From contig JBGTNX010000115.1 in assembly GCA_041742825.1 (NCBI GenBank), forward strand, positions 34,491 through 98,490: a stretch of 64,000 nucleotides of DNA, written 5' to 3'. Source of the stretch: Acidimicrobiia bacterium (GTDB lineage Bacteria > Actinomycetota > Acidimicrobiia > Spongiisociales > ZC4RG35). The position numbers and the translations under genes are program-made. The notes under the pieces were generated by a model, which had not been told where the DNA came from, did not search any database, and was given only the letters and a program-made list of their open reading frames with translations. The stretch's first letter is position 1. Each line of letters begins with the position of its first letter. Below, in pieces: positions 26,411 to 35,302 of this stretch.

Positions 26411-27000
26411 GCGGAAAACGCGGCCCTCGTCGTGGCTCTCCCGACACCAGGGAGGCGATTCTCGATGCGGCTCGGGCCAGTTTTGCCGGCGTCGGGTATA
26501 ACGGTTCGACCATCAGGCGGATTGCGGGACTGGCCGGGGTCGATCCCTCATTGGTGATTCACTACTTCGGGACCAAGCAGGATCTCTTCGCCGCCTCCGT
26601 CGCATTGCCGATCAGCCCTGCGGCGATGTTCGAAAGGGTCTTTGTCGCGGGTGCTGCGGATGACAGCGTCGCGGAAAGACTGACCAGGATCTTCTTCGAG
26701 GTGTGGGAGCAACCCGAGTCGCGCCAGGCGCTTCTCGGGCAACTGCGGGTCTCCTTTGAGACCGGGCAGCCGCCACCCATGGGCGAGTTCGTGTTCGATG
26801 CAATAATCAGCCGTATTGGCGAGTTTCTCGACGGCCCCAACGCCGAGCTCCGGATGGAGCTGGCTGCGTCTAATTTGATCGGGATAGCTATTCTTCGGTA
26901 TGTAGTGGCCTTGGAGCCGCTGGCTAGCGCCGACGTCGATTCGTTGGTCGCTGAGATCGCTCCCCGAATACGCGGATATCTCACTTCGGCCAAGAACTAG
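26407..27000 (+). CDS. TetR/AcrR family transcriptional regulator
   Basis: N-terminal HTH REAILDAARASFAGVGYNGSTIRRIAGLAGVDPSLVIHYF. TTG start overlaps the preceding stop. Confidence 0.9.
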   Translation: MSGKRGPRRGSPDTREAILDAARASFAGVGYNGSTIRRIAGLAGVDPSLVIHYFGTKQDLFAASVALPISPAAMFERVFVAGAADDSVAERLTRIFFEVWEQPESRQALLGQLRVSFETGQPPPMGEFVFDAIISRIGEFLDGPNAELRMELAASNLIGIAILRYVVALEPLASADVDSLVAEIAPRIRGYLTSAKN

Positions 27001-27067
27001 CCTGCCCTTCGTTTCAAAAGGGCTGGAGACGGGAAATACCGGACATGCCTGCAGAACCAGCGAAACC

Positions 27068-27802
27068 ATGACCTTCGCTGCCGCCGTGGGCCCTCTCGTC
27101 GTCTATGCAGCGACCTTCCAGACCATCGTCTTCTTCCTGCTCCCGACACGGCTCCGAACCGGCTGGGCGCCGGTGACAATCGGGCTGGGTGGTGCCGGCT
27201 TGATTTTGACGGCCGGGGCCGTATTCGGATTCGAGACCATCGGCCTGGGCACACCAGACCCGGCCACGGTCATCCTCTGGGCGATCGCCACCTTCGTCGT
27301 GGTTTCGGCCATCGGATCGACAATGTTGTGGAGCGAACGTCTCCGCCCGGCACTGGCCGACCCTCGCATCGCCGGCCTGGGACGTCGGGGAGCTGTGTTT
27401 CAGATAGCTTTCCGGATTCCGATCCTGACCGCATTGATCGAGGAGGCGTTCTTCAGGGGAGTGCTGCACGCGGCGCTTACCGCCGTCTACTCGACACCGG
27501 TGGCGATTGTGGTTGGGGCGGGGCTATTCGGTCTCTGGCACCTCGGGCCCGCCCTCGAACAATCGGAGAATCACCTGGGCGGCAACTCCGCAATCCATGT
27601 GCTCGTCACCATCGCCGTCACCACACTGGCAGGTTTCGGATTCGTCGCTCTGCGAATGACAACCGGGTCGATCTGGGTTCCGGTGGTGGTGCACGCCCTC
27701 CTCAATATCACCATGGCGCTCTTTGCCAGAGCGGCCGGAGGGCCACGCTTCGCCGGCGATGCTCGAACTGACGAGGAAGTAGTTATTGCCACGCAGGGCT
27801 AG
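27068..27802 (+). CDS. CPBP family intramembrane glutamic endopeptidase (CAAX protease-like)
   Basis: Motifs EEAFFRG, FGLWH and HALLN. Confidence 0.85.
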   Translation: MTFAAAVGPLVVYAATFQTIVFFLLPTRLRTGWAPVTIGLGGAGLILTAGAVFGFETIGLGTPDPATVILWAIATFVVVSAIGSTMLWSERLRPALADPRIAGLGRRGAVFQIAFRIPILTALIEEAFFRGVLHAALTAVYSTPVAIVVGAGLFGLWHLGPALEQSENHLGGNSAIHVLVTIAVTTLAGFGFVALRMTTGSIWVPVVVHALLNITMALFARAAGGPRFAGDARTDEEVVIATQG

Positions 27803-27811
27803 CCTCCGGTC

Positions 27812-28132
27812 GTGCAGTTGGTAACCACTCTCCAGTCCGATCTCACAGCGGCGCTCAAAGCTAGAGATTCGGTGAAGGTGAGTGTGATTCGATCACTTCT
27901 GTCGTCGATTGCGAATGCAGGTGCAGTCCCGTTTTCAACCGCCACCGACGCTGTTGGCCTCTATGCGGGCGATTCTGCCCGTCGCTCGATCGACGTCGGG
28001 GATGTGAGGCGATTGCTGGAGGACGAGCTAGCCGAACGGGCCGGCGCGGCCAGCTCTTACATCGACCCTGCTGCGATCGAGAGAGTGCATAGAGAAGCTC
28101 TATTGATCAGGGAATATCTCGCCTCGTTTTGA
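27812..28132 (+). CDS. GatB/YqeY domain protein
   Basis: LQSDLTAALKARDSVKVSVIRSLLSSIANA is typical of YqeY. GTG start. Confidence 0.8.
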   Translation: MQLVTTLQSDLTAALKARDSVKVSVIRSLLSSIANAGAVPFSTATDAVGLYAGDSARRSIDVGDVRRLLEDELAERAGAASSYIDPAAIERVHREALLIREYLASF

Positions 28133-28199
28133 TCTTGGAGAATCTGTCACAGCCTTGCCGTACAATCGCCGGTCCTGACCAGAAGGGGTCTTAGAAAAT

Positions 28200-29198
28200 A
28201 TGAGTTCAATCGTCGAAGCACGCGGTCTTGTCAAGAAATACGGCGAGGTGGTCGCCCTGGACGGGCTCGACATCGATGTCGTTGAAGGCACGATTCTCGC
28301 CCTCCTCGGGCCCAACGGTGCCGGCAAGACGACCGCGGTGTCGATCCTGACCACCCTGCTCCACCCCGATGAGGGAACTGCGCGCATTGCCGGCATCGAT
28401 GTGCTGGGGAACCCGGAAGAAGCACGAAAGGTGATCGGGCTGTCCGGTCAGAATGCCGCTGTTGATGAACATCTCTCGGGATTCGAGAATCTCGACATGA
28501 TCGGCCGTCTCTACCAACTGGGCCGGGTTCGATCACGCGAGCGGGCACGCGAGTTGCTCGACCGCTTCGACCTCAACGACGCCGCCGACCGCCCGGTGAA
28601 GACGTACTCGGGAGGCATGAGACGGCGGCTCGACCTGGCAGGTGCGCTGGTCGCCGAATCTCCGGTCCTCTTTCTCGACGAGCCCACCACCGGTCTCGAC
28701 CCGAAGAGCCGTACCGACTTGTGGGGTGTCATCAAAGACCTCGTGAGCCGGGGGACGACACTTCTCCTCACCACGCAGTATCTCGAGGAAGCAGACCGCC
28801 TTGCCGATCGAATCGTTGTCATCGACCACGGCAAGTCGATTGCCGAAGGCACCGCCGACGAGTTGAAAGAGACAATGGGCGGGGAGCGGATCGAGGTGAC
28901 TCTGGCCAATGAGGACCAGGTTGAAGAGGCGGCAACCATCCTGAGCTCGTTGGCGCTCGGTCAAGCCCATTCCGACGGGAGGGCGAGAACCCTTGTGGTG
29001 CCGATCACGGGCGGTGCCCGGACCCTCACCCGTGCCCTGCGTGAACTGGATCAGGCAGGGGTTGAGATCCAGGACGTCGGTCTGAGGCGCCCGACACTCG
29101 ATGATGTGTTCCTCTCACTGACGGGTCACGTCGCTGAATATGAAGAAGTCGAGGCCGGGCTCGAAGGCGCTGGCGTTGCAGAAGGTGGTGAATCATGA
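28200..29198 (+). CDS. ABC transporter ATP-binding protein (DrrA-like)
   Basis: Walker A GPNGAGKTT, YSGGMRRRLDLA, LFLDEPTTGLDP. Confidence 0.9.
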   Translation: MSSIVEARGLVKKYGEVVALDGLDIDVVEGTILALLGPNGAGKTTAVSILTTLLHPDEGTARIAGIDVLGNPEEARKVIGLSGQNAAVDEHLSGFENLDMIGRLYQLGRVRSRERARELLDRFDLNDAADRPVKTYSGGMRRRLDLAGALVAESPVLFLDEPTTGLDPKSRTDLWGVIKDLVSRGTTLLLTTQYLEEADRLADRIVVIDHGKSIAEGTADELKETMGGERIEVTLANEDQVEEAATILSSLALGQAHSDGRARTLVVPITGGARTLTRALRELDQAGVEIQDVGLRRPTLDDVFLSLTGHVAEYEEVEAGLEGAGVAEGGES

Positions 29199-30004
29199 GC
29201 GGATTGGCGCAGACGTTTTCAGACGGGGCCGTTATCGCCAAACGCAACCTGATCAAGATCAAGCGGGTTCCGGAAGTCCTGGTGTTCGTGCTGATCTCGC
29301 CGATCATGTTCGTCCTGTTGTTCGCCTACGTCTTTGGCAGCGCCATCGACATTCCGGGTGGTTCTTATCGGGAGTTCCTGATCGCCGGGATCTTTGCCCA
29401 GACCGTCATCTTCGGGGCCACATTCACCGGGGCGGGGATCGCCGAGGACATGCAGAAGGGGATCATCGACAGATTCAGGTCGCTTCCGATGTCACGGTCA
29501 GCAGTGTTGGTGGGGCGGACTGCCAGCGACGTGGTCTACAACATCCTGTCCCTGTTCATCATGGCCCTGAGCGGTTTGCTCGTGGGCTGGCGGATGAACA
29601 ATGGTTTCTTGAACGCCGTGCTCGGCTTCACGTTGTTGTTGCTCTTCGCTTATGCATTCTCGTGGGTGATGGGCTTCGTCGGTCTGCTGGTGCCGAGTGT
29701 CGAGGTGATCAATAACGCCTCATTCATCGTCATCTTCCCGCTGACATTCATCGCCAACACCTTTGTCCCACTGGACGGTTTTCCCCCGGTGCTGAAGACG
29801 TTCGCCGAGTGGAACCCGGTGTCTTCACTGGCTCAAGCAACCCGCGAATTGTTCGGGAACATTCCCCCCGGGACCCCCGAGCCCACAGTCTGGCCACTGC
29901 AGAATCCGGTTCTATACACATTGATCTGGGTCGTGGTGATCATCGCCATCTTCGCCCCGTTGGCGGTACATCGCTACAAGACGATGCAGGGACACGGCAA
30001 GTAG
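29195..30004 (+). CDS. ABC-2 type transporter permease (DrrB-like)
   Basis: 6-TM ABC-2 pattern. ATGA overlap with the ATPase gene. Confidence 0.9.
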   Translation: MSGLAQTFSDGAVIAKRNLIKIKRVPEVLVFVLISPIMFVLLFAYVFGSAIDIPGGSYREFLIAGIFAQTVIFGATFTGAGIAEDMQKGIIDRFRSLPMSRSAVLVGRTASDVVYNILSLFIMALSGLLVGWRMNNGFLNAVLGFTLLLLFAYAFSWVMGFVGLLVPSVEVINNASFIVIFPLTFIANTFVPLDGFPPVLKTFAEWNPVSSLAQATRELFGNIPPGTPEPTVWPLQNPVLYTLIWVVVIIAIFAPLAVHRYKTMQGHGK

Positions 30005-30050
30005 GTGCAGTTGCATAGACGGGGCAACGGCGTCAGCACACGAGGAACCG

Positions 30051-30470
30051 ATGAGAGTCAGCGATCGACCAGTCGATGAGCACATCAACTCACACCCCGA
30101 AGGGGTGAGGGAAGACCTAGAGGCGATCGATGACCTGATTTCGGAGGTGTTCGCAGGTGAGACGCGGGTGTTGTGGGAGGGAAAGATGTGGGGCGGCACC
30201 GACCAGGAGATCATCGGGTATGGAGATTTCATTTACCAAAACTCCAAGGAGACGGTCGAATGGTTCAAGGTCGGCCTTGCCGCCCAGAAGAACTACCTCA
30301 GCCTCTATGTGAATGCGGTCGAAGACGGTGAGTATCTATCCAGGACCTATGGAGACCGTCTGGGGAAAGTGAAAGTGGGTGCGGCGAGTATCGGCTTCAA
30401 AGACCTTTCGGCCATCGATCTGGGCGAATTGCGCGCCATGTTGGAGCATTCCCGGCGGGTTATGGAGTGA
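30051..30470 (+). CDS. DUF1801 (YdhG-like) domain protein
   Basis: WGGTDQEIIGYG...KNYLSLYV pattern typical of DUF1801. Confidence 0.7.
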   Translation: MRVSDRPVDEHINSHPEGVREDLEAIDDLISEVFAGETRVLWEGKMWGGTDQEIIGYGDFIYQNSKETVEWFKVGLAAQKNYLSLYVNAVEDGEYLSRTYGDRLGKVKVGAASIGFKDLSAIDLGELRAMLEHSRRVME

Positions 30471-30495
30471 AATCCCCCGAATCCCCTTGATACCT

Positions 30496-30525
30496 GGCCT
30501 TCATCAGAGAACTCTCATGAAGGCC
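30496..30525. terminator. Hairpin with a perfect 9-bp stem between convergent genes
   Basis: GGCCTTCAT-12 nt-ATGAAGGCC read directly. No strong U-tract. Confidence 0.45.
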
Positions 30526-30607
30526 TTACCCGGGGCTCCAGCCAAAACCTGAACTCATCGCCCTATCTCCGGCTCACGGTCGGAGTCCGAATCGAGCGGG
30601 AAAGTTG

Positions 30608-31774
30608 TCAGTGGCCCTGCGATTGCGTTCTCCGGTTGAGGACGTCGCTCGATGTTGCATCGAGAAAATCAGCCACCAGTGCCCCGACGGCCCGCGCCCG
30701 CAGTGAAGCAAAAGCATCGAATCCGTGTTGTCCGCCGGCGACCTCATGATATTTGACCGGGACCGCCTCTGACTTGAGCGCTTCGACGAAGTGGACCGAT
30801 TCGGCGGGCAGCACCAAGGAGTCGTATTCGCCGTGGACCGCAAAGAAGGGCGGTGCCTGGCGATGCGCCAGGTCGATTGGTGATCCAAGTCGATAGAGTT
30901 GCGGTGACTGCGCTGGCGAGGACTTCATGACGTGGTTGGCGATGAAGGGCCAGTCATACCTGGTTCCGTTGCGGACCAGGAGATCGTAGATCCCATAGTG
31001 GGGGACACACGCGATCAGCGAGGTGTCTACCTCCTCGAAGCCGGGCTGCAGGCCGGCCACGTTGGCGGTGAGGGCGGCGAGGGCTGCGAGATGAGCACCT
31101 GAAGATGCACCGGCGATCGCCACCCGGCCCGGATCGATTCCCAGTTCTTCTGGGTCTGCTTTTGCCCATGCGATCGCCCGCTTCACGCCAATCAGATGCT
31201 CCGGAAAGGTGGCTGCCGGTGAGAGCGGATATCGGATGTCGAGCACAACCCATCCCCGGCTCGCGAGATCGTAGAGCAGGGGACGCGCCTGGCGGCCCGG
31301 CCCGCCCCGCATCCACGATCCGGGGTGGAGGTAGATGAGTGCCGGTGCCATTTCGAGGCCCTGCCGGCTGTAGATACTCATGGCGAGTCCTTCGGCGTAT
31401 ATGGCGCCTTCGGTGACGTCCACCCCGTCGGGGACGACGATCCTGACCCGCCAGAGGTCAAATATGCCCGGTCTCAAACCGGCATCCCGCGCCGAACGCA
31501 AGCTGCGCCTGATCAGGATGAGGAGCCCGATCTCGGCGATTGCAAAAAGGGCCAGTCCGACCCGGCCGACTCCGAGCTGGAGCGACCCGGCCGCGACGAA
31601 CAGGCTTGCGATCCCGGCACCCACCAGTAACAGCCAGGGTGCCAATTCGGAGACGACCATTGCCGGGAGCCAGAGCGGTGGCACCCCCTTCCCGGGGGGT
31701 ACCGGTCGGCGTAGCGCGTTTACCGTGAGGATGAGTGCAGTTGCGGCCCAGGTGAAGAAGAGAGCAGCGATCAT
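30608..31774 (-). CDS. Membrane-anchored alpha/beta hydrolase (esterase/lipase-like)
   Basis: N-terminal TM helices. HPGSWMRGG oxyanion-type motif and GASSGAH nucleophile elbow. Confidence 0.8.
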   Translation of the reverse strand: MIAALFFTWAATALILTVNALRRPVPPGKGVPPLWLPAMVVSELAPWLLLVGAGIASLFVAAGSLQLGVGRVGLALFAIAEIGLLILIRRSLRSARDAGLRPGIFDLWRVRIVVPDGVDVTEGAIYAEGLAMSIYSRQGLEMAPALIYLHPGSWMRGGPGRQARPLLYDLASRGWVVLDIRYPLSPAATFPEHLIGVKRAIAWAKADPEELGIDPGRVAIAGASSGAHLAALAALTANVAGLQPGFEEVDTSLIACVPHYGIYDLLVRNGTRYDWPFIANHVMKSSPAQSPQLYRLGSPIDLAHRQAPPFFAVHGEYDSLVLPAESVHFVEALKSEAVPVKYHEVAGGQHGFDAFASLRARAVGALVADFLDATSSDVLNRRTQSQGH

Positions 31775-32853
31775 CGAGAAGTGGGTCCAGGGGCCGGCTC
31801 ACGGTAGAGCGCGGCACCGTAATGGGCACCGGCCCCGAACGCAGCGAAACAGACCAGGGTGTCGGGCCTTACCCTCCCCGCCTCGCGCAGTTCGTGGAAC
31901 AGGATCGGCAGCGTTCCGGCGGTTGTGTTCCCGTACCCGCCGATATTCGACGGGACCTTTTCGGGACTCATCTCGAAGTGTTTCCTGACTCCTTCGAGTA
32001 TGCGGTCGTTTGCCTGGTGCGCGACTATCAGGTCGATCTCATCGAGTCCGATTCCTGCCTTCGCTGCAACTGCCCGCGCCGCTTCCGGCATCAGTCTCAC
32101 GGCCCGGCGGTAGAGGCCGCCGCCGTCCATCACAGGAAGGTGGGCGTCATCGTCGAGCATCTGGTGAGTCACGTACGGCCTCGATCTCGACCCGACTCCC
32201 GGAACCATGATTAGCTCGAAGCTGTTCCCGTCAGTGTGCAGGGAAGTCGCGATGAGCCCTTCGGTGTCGGTATCGGAACGTCTGAGGACCATGGCTCCGG
32301 CACCATCCCCGAAAATGACACTCCATGACCGGTATTTCGTGTTCCGCTGATAGTCGGCTGCGGGGATCTCCTCCCCCGATCCGAGCACTGATCTCCAGGA
32401 TGCTTCGCTCCATGGCTGGAATCCGGCATGGACTTCAGCGCCGACCACGAGAATGGTTTCGGCCCGGCCCGCCGTGAGCAGGGAGTCAGCAAGGTCCAGC
32501 CCGTAGAGGAAGCCGCTGCATTGCTGGCGCAGATCGAACGCAGCGACATGGCCAAGTCCAAGCCCCTTCTGGACGAGTCCGGCGATCCCGGGCGCCATAT
32601 AGTCGGGAGTCATGGTTGCTGTGATCAGTGCGTCAACATCTTCGGGCTCGATACCCGCACTGGCGATGGCGCTGCGGCCGGCGAGAATTGCCAGGTCCGA
32701 GGCGCCGACACCCGGATCGGCGAAGTGCCGCTCTTTGACCCCGGTTCGTGTCGTTATCCACTCGTCCGTCGTGTCCATGATCCGGGTCAGGTCATGGTTG
32801 GTCACAACATTTTCGGGGACATACATTCCCGTGCCGACGATCACACCGCCCAA
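31771..32853 (-). CDS. 3-oxoacyl-ACP synthase III (FabH-like)
   Basis: QCSGFLYGL active-site Cys region, VAHQAN, and GNTTAGTLP. Overlaps the hydrolase start by 4 nt. Confidence 0.85.
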   Translation of the reverse strand: MGGVIVGTGMYVPENVVTNHDLTRIMDTTDEWITTRTGVKERHFADPGVGASDLAILAGRSAIASAGIEPEDVDALITATMTPDYMAPGIAGLVQKGLGLGHVAAFDLRQQCSGFLYGLDLADSLLTAGRAETILVVGAEVHAGFQPWSEASWRSVLGSGEEIPAADYQRNTKYRSWSVIFGDGAGAMVLRRSDTDTEGLIATSLHTDGNSFELIMVPGVGSRSRPYVTHQMLDDDAHLPVMDGGGLYRRAVRLMPEAARAVAAKAGIGLDEIDLIVAHQANDRILEGVRKHFEMSPEKVPSNIGGYGNTTAGTLPILFHELREAGRVRPDTLVCFAAFGAGAHYGAALYREPAPGPTSR

Positions 32854-32904
32854 TTCAAACCTCGTTTCATCTCGAGATTGGTTCGTCGCCGAACTACCCC
32901 ACGG

Positions 32905-33903
32905 ATGTCTGGATTGATGCGGAACCCGATCAGTAGACGGCTGGTGACAATCAGCCTTGTCTTCACCGCGGCGGCGGTCATCAGCGCGCTTTTGCCAATC
33001 CTCCTCATGGCGGCCCTGATCGTAGATGCAGTCACGGTTCTCATAGTAAGAAGGCCCGGGGCATCAACGCGGATAGTTGTGTTTGTCTGGATCTACCTGA
33101 TCGGAGAGGTTTGGGCGATCCTCGCCCTGGGCCTGGTGTCCCTCCTGGGTGAGAGCCGGTCTCTGGCAATCACATATAGTCTCCAGGCCTGGTGGGCCGC
33201 CTGGAACTACCGGGCCTTCACCCTGGTGTTCAATGTCAGGTTCCGGGCTGAAGGTTCCGAAGCAGCGGTCCCCCCACCCGTGATCGTGCTCGCCCGCCAT
33301 GCCTCATTGATCGACTCGCTGCTTCCAGTGGTCTTCATCGCCCATCGGCACAAGATCAATCTCCGATATGTGCTCAAGCGGGAGCTCCTTGTGGACCCTG
33401 CCCTGGACATTGCAGGAAATCGCCTGCCGAATCACTTCATCGATCGGGAATCCACCGACTCCGAGTCCGAATTGGCATCTCTGCGTGAGCTCGCCTCGGG
33501 CATGTCCGATCGGGAAGGGGTTGTAATCTTCCCCGAGGGCACCCGTTTTTCTGAGGCAAAGCACGGCCGCCTGGTGGCACGTCAACGAAACAAACAGGGC
33601 ACCGTCGCTGAGGTCACCCGGGCGTTGAGAAACGTGATGCCACCGCGGCCGGCCGGCACTCTCGCCATCCTCGATGCAACAGATGCCGATGTGGTAGTTC
33701 TCGCTCATCGCGGCCTCGAGGGATTCTCCGGTCTTGGCGATGTATGGGCGGGGGAAGTCATCGGTGCCGACGTGGCGGTCAAGATGTGGAGGGTGGAGAG
33801 AGACCTGATACCGCGGGGTCGTAGCGAACGCATCGAATGGCTGTATCGGCTTTGGGCCGAAGTCGATGACTGGGTGTCCGCGGGAGCCGGCGCCAGTGGT
33901 TGA
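32905..33903 (+). CDS. Lysophospholipid (PlsC-like) acyltransferase with N-terminal TM segments
   Basis: HX4D motif (RHASLID) and FPEGTR. Start at ATG 32905 or 32917. The upstream ORF part is antisense to the FabH-like gene. Confidence 0.8.
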   Translation: MSGLMRNPISRRLVTISLVFTAAAVISALLPILLMAALIVDAVTVLIVRRPGASTRIVVFVWIYLIGEVWAILALGLVSLLGESRSLAITYSLQAWWAAWNYRAFTLVFNVRFRAEGSEAAVPPPVIVLARHASLIDSLLPVVFIAHRHKINLRYVLKRELLVDPALDIAGNRLPNHFIDRESTDSESELASLRELASGMSDREGVVIFPEGTRFSEAKHGRLVARQRNKQGTVAEVTRALRNVMPPRPAGTLAILDATDADVVVLAHRGLEGFSGLGDVWAGEVIGADVAVKMWRVERDLIPRGRSERIEWLYRLWAEVDDWVSAGAGASG

Positions 33904-34675
33904 CCTCGTCCTTGTGGCTGGCCTCGTCGTCATGACTCTGATGGTGATCGTATGGGTCACCAGCATCGTGTTGGGCGACGCCTCCATTGTCGACATGGTC
34001 TGGGGCTTGGGATTTGTCGTCGTCGCCTGGTCGACATTCCTCGTCTCGGATTCCACGGGGCCGCGTCCGCTCCTTATGACCGCACTGGTGACGGTCTGGG
34101 GCCTCCGTCTCAGTGGATACCTCGTCTGGCGAAATCTCGGGGAGGAAGAGGACAAGCGTTATCAAAAGATGCGTGCGAGAAATCCGGAGTCGTTCTGGTG
34201 GACAAGCCTCTTCAAGGTCTTCTTGCTGCAGGGCCTGCTGATGTGGGTGATCTCCTTCCCTGTGATCGTGGCACAAAGATCCGGGACCGGGCTGATCTGG
34301 CTCGATTTTCTGGCAATCGGGATCTGGGGGACCGGGCTTGTATTCGAGTCGGTGGGTGACTTCCAATTGGCCCGTTTCAAGAATCAGCCCGGTTCTGAAG
34401 ACAAGGTCATGGACAGCGGTCTCTGGCGGTATACGAGGCATCCGAACTACTTCGGCGACTTCTGCGTGTGGTGGGGCCACTATCTCGTGGCAGTGGCCGC
34501 CGGCGCATGGTGGACGGTTTTCTCGCCACTGGTGATGTCGTTCCTGTTGATGCGGTTCTCCGGCGTCACTCTTCTCGAAAAGACGATCACCTCGCGGAGG
34601 CCCGGGTATGCCGACTATGTCGCCCGGACGAACACATTCTTCCCCGGCCCTCCTTCAGGCGGGGCAAAGGGCTAG
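33866..34675 (+). CDS. DUF1295 membrane protein (steroid-5-alpha-reductase/ICMT-like fold)
   Basis: RYTRHPNYFGDFCVWWG motif. The real start may be the GTG at 33896. Confidence 0.75.
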   Translation: MTGCPREPAPVVDLVLVAGLVVMTLMVIVWVTSIVLGDASIVDMVWGLGFVVVAWSTFLVSDSTGPRPLLMTALVTVWGLRLSGYLVWRNLGEEEDKRYQKMRARNPESFWWTSLFKVFLLQGLLMWVISFPVIVAQRSGTGLIWLDFLAIGIWGTGLVFESVGDFQLARFKNQPGSEDKVMDSGLWRYTRHPNYFGDFCVWWGHYLVAVAAGAWWTVFSPLVMSFLLMRFSGVTLLEKTITSRRPGYADYVARTNTFFPGPPSGGAKG

Positions 34676-35301
34676 TCCGGTGGTTGTCCGAACGTTTCCT
34701 GATAATCGGCAATAGCGGCGTTCACAACTTCGTAAGCCGCCTCCCGTCCGTAGTGACCTTCGATCGACACGGTCAAGTCTTTACCGGGGACTTGTTTGTA
34801 CGTCAGGAAGTAGTGCTCGAGGCGATGGAGAAGAATCTCGGAAAGGTCGGAGAGGTCGGCGACGTTGGCGTAAATCGGATCGTTGGCCAGCATGGCGACG
34901 ATCTTGTCGTCGGCCTCGCCATTGTCGATCATTTTGATGCCACCGACCACCCGCGCCTGGAGAATGATGTCCGAGTTGTTGATGGGTCGTTCGGAGAAAA
35001 CGCAAATATCCAGTGGATCGCCATCTGCCGTTTCGGCACGCTCGCTCAGCGCTGCCACCCTGCTGCCGCAGTAGGTGCGGGGGACGAGCCCGTAGAGCGT
35101 CGGGGGTGAACTGCTGCTTTGTTGGGGACGGTCGACCTTGAGCAGCCCGCTCTCCTTGTCGAGTTCATACTTGATGACGTCGAAGGGTGTGATTTCGATA
35201 TAGGCAGTGACCAGCCCGGGCGGTTCGGATCCGGTATCCAGCCCATGCCAGGGGTGGGATCGGAAGCGGGGGAGGGAGTCGTTGTTCAACCTGTGCAGCA
35301 C
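34672..35301 (-). CDS. ppa: Inorganic pyrophosphatase
   Basis: YIEITPFDVIKYELDKESGLLKVDR, GDPLDICV and DDKIVAM blocks. Confidence 0.9.
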   Translation of the reverse strand: MLHRLNNDSLPRFRSHPWHGLDTGSEPPGLVTAYIEITPFDVIKYELDKESGLLKVDRPQQSSSSPPTLYGLVPRTYCGSRVAALSERAETADGDPLDICVFSERPINNSDIILQARVVGGIKMIDNGEADDKIVAMLANDPIYANVADLSDLSEILLHRLEHYFLTYKQVPGKDLTVSIEGHYGREAAYEVVNAAIADYQETFGQPPD

Positions 35302-35302
35302 G

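Noticed and set aside
27004-27023. Weak hairpin (GCCCTT-N8-AAGGGC) after the TetR gene, considered as a terminator
   Set aside because: The stem is only 6 bp with no U-run, which is not enough to call.
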